A stretch of 64,000 nt of DNA, from contig JAGASS010000025.1 in assembly GCA_017621655.1 (NCBI GenBank), positions 11,157 through 75,156 on the forward strand. Reading direction: 5' to 3'. This DNA comes from Clostridia bacterium (GTDB taxonomy: Bacteria; Bacillota; Clostridia; Oscillospirales; CAG-272). This document shows, one piece after another, positions 63,865-64,000 of the stretch; positions within the stretch are counted from its first letter, which is position 1, and the number at the start of each line of letters is the position of its first letter. Position numbers and translations under genes: made by a program. The notes under the pieces were generated by a model that was given only the letters and a program-made list of their open reading frames with translations, searched no databases and was not told the DNA's origin.

Positions 63865-64000
63865 TTATTCGAAGCAGCTTCTGACGATCTCGATCACCTT
63901 ATTCTGCTCCTCTATCGTCATTTTGTTATCCGACGGCAAGCAGAGGCCGCGCTCAAAAATATCCGCGCCGACGTCAACGCATTCGCCACGTCCGCTTTCC
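63865..64000 (-). CDS. DegT/DnrJ/EryC1-family aminotransferase (C-terminal 44 codons; the rest lies beyond the window end)
   Basis: Not in the track because it runs off the edge. Hand translation ...ESGRGECVDVGADIFERGLCLPSDNKMTIEEQNKVIEIVRSCFE-stop. The LCLPS..L...E...V ending is typical of this family. Confidence 0.65.
   Translation of the reverse strand, partial: ESGRGECVDVGADIFERGLCLPSDNKMTIEEQNKVIEIVRSCFE

Overview
The window looks like a chromosomal segment of a spore-forming Clostridia-class Firmicute of roughly 50% GC. That is an inference from spo0A, spoIID, darA-holB-ricT synteny and AGGAGG-type RBSs.

Bases 1-45.7 kb carry mixed-orientation housekeeping and carbohydrate genes:
- cdaA-cdaR, spo0A, spoIID, a cyclophilin and an alaX-manA pair
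- a 56-aa ferredoxin missed by the ORF track
- darA-holB-ricT, rbfA, and uxuA plus an SDR oxidoreductase
- abutting tRNA-Met and tRNA-Glu genes
- a capA-like gene, ddl, a U32 peptidase and fba
- an esterase/acyltransferase operon
- a LexA-box-controlled dinB
- an uncharacterised module: a 1077-aa secreted Cys-rich protein, a 43-codon peptide gene directly downstream, and a stand-alone paralog of its C-terminal domain

Bases 45.7-64 kb form one minus-strand Wzx/Wzy-type surface-polysaccharide locus. It has a PglC-like initiating transferase, a DegT aminotransferase, fnlABC-like and wecB/wecC genes, five or six glycosyltransferases, licD, a CDP-glycerol transferase and two diverged tagD copies. 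Its central part is visibly lower in GC.

The most unusual signal is non-coding. About 15 intergenic regions in the first 45 kb hold a modular repeat family. It consists of many unrelated GC-rich hairpins, each abutted by the tetranucleotide GTAG/CTAC (REP/BIME-like), combined with conserved linkers and further hairpin slots whose stems differ completely between copies. No transposase, integrase, CRISPR array or recognisable defence system was seen.

Several track ORFs are 5'-extended into these repeats, and I trimmed them using RBS evidence. The track also uses GTG/TTG starts. All calls come from reading the sequence and recalling protein families; nothing was searched against a database.
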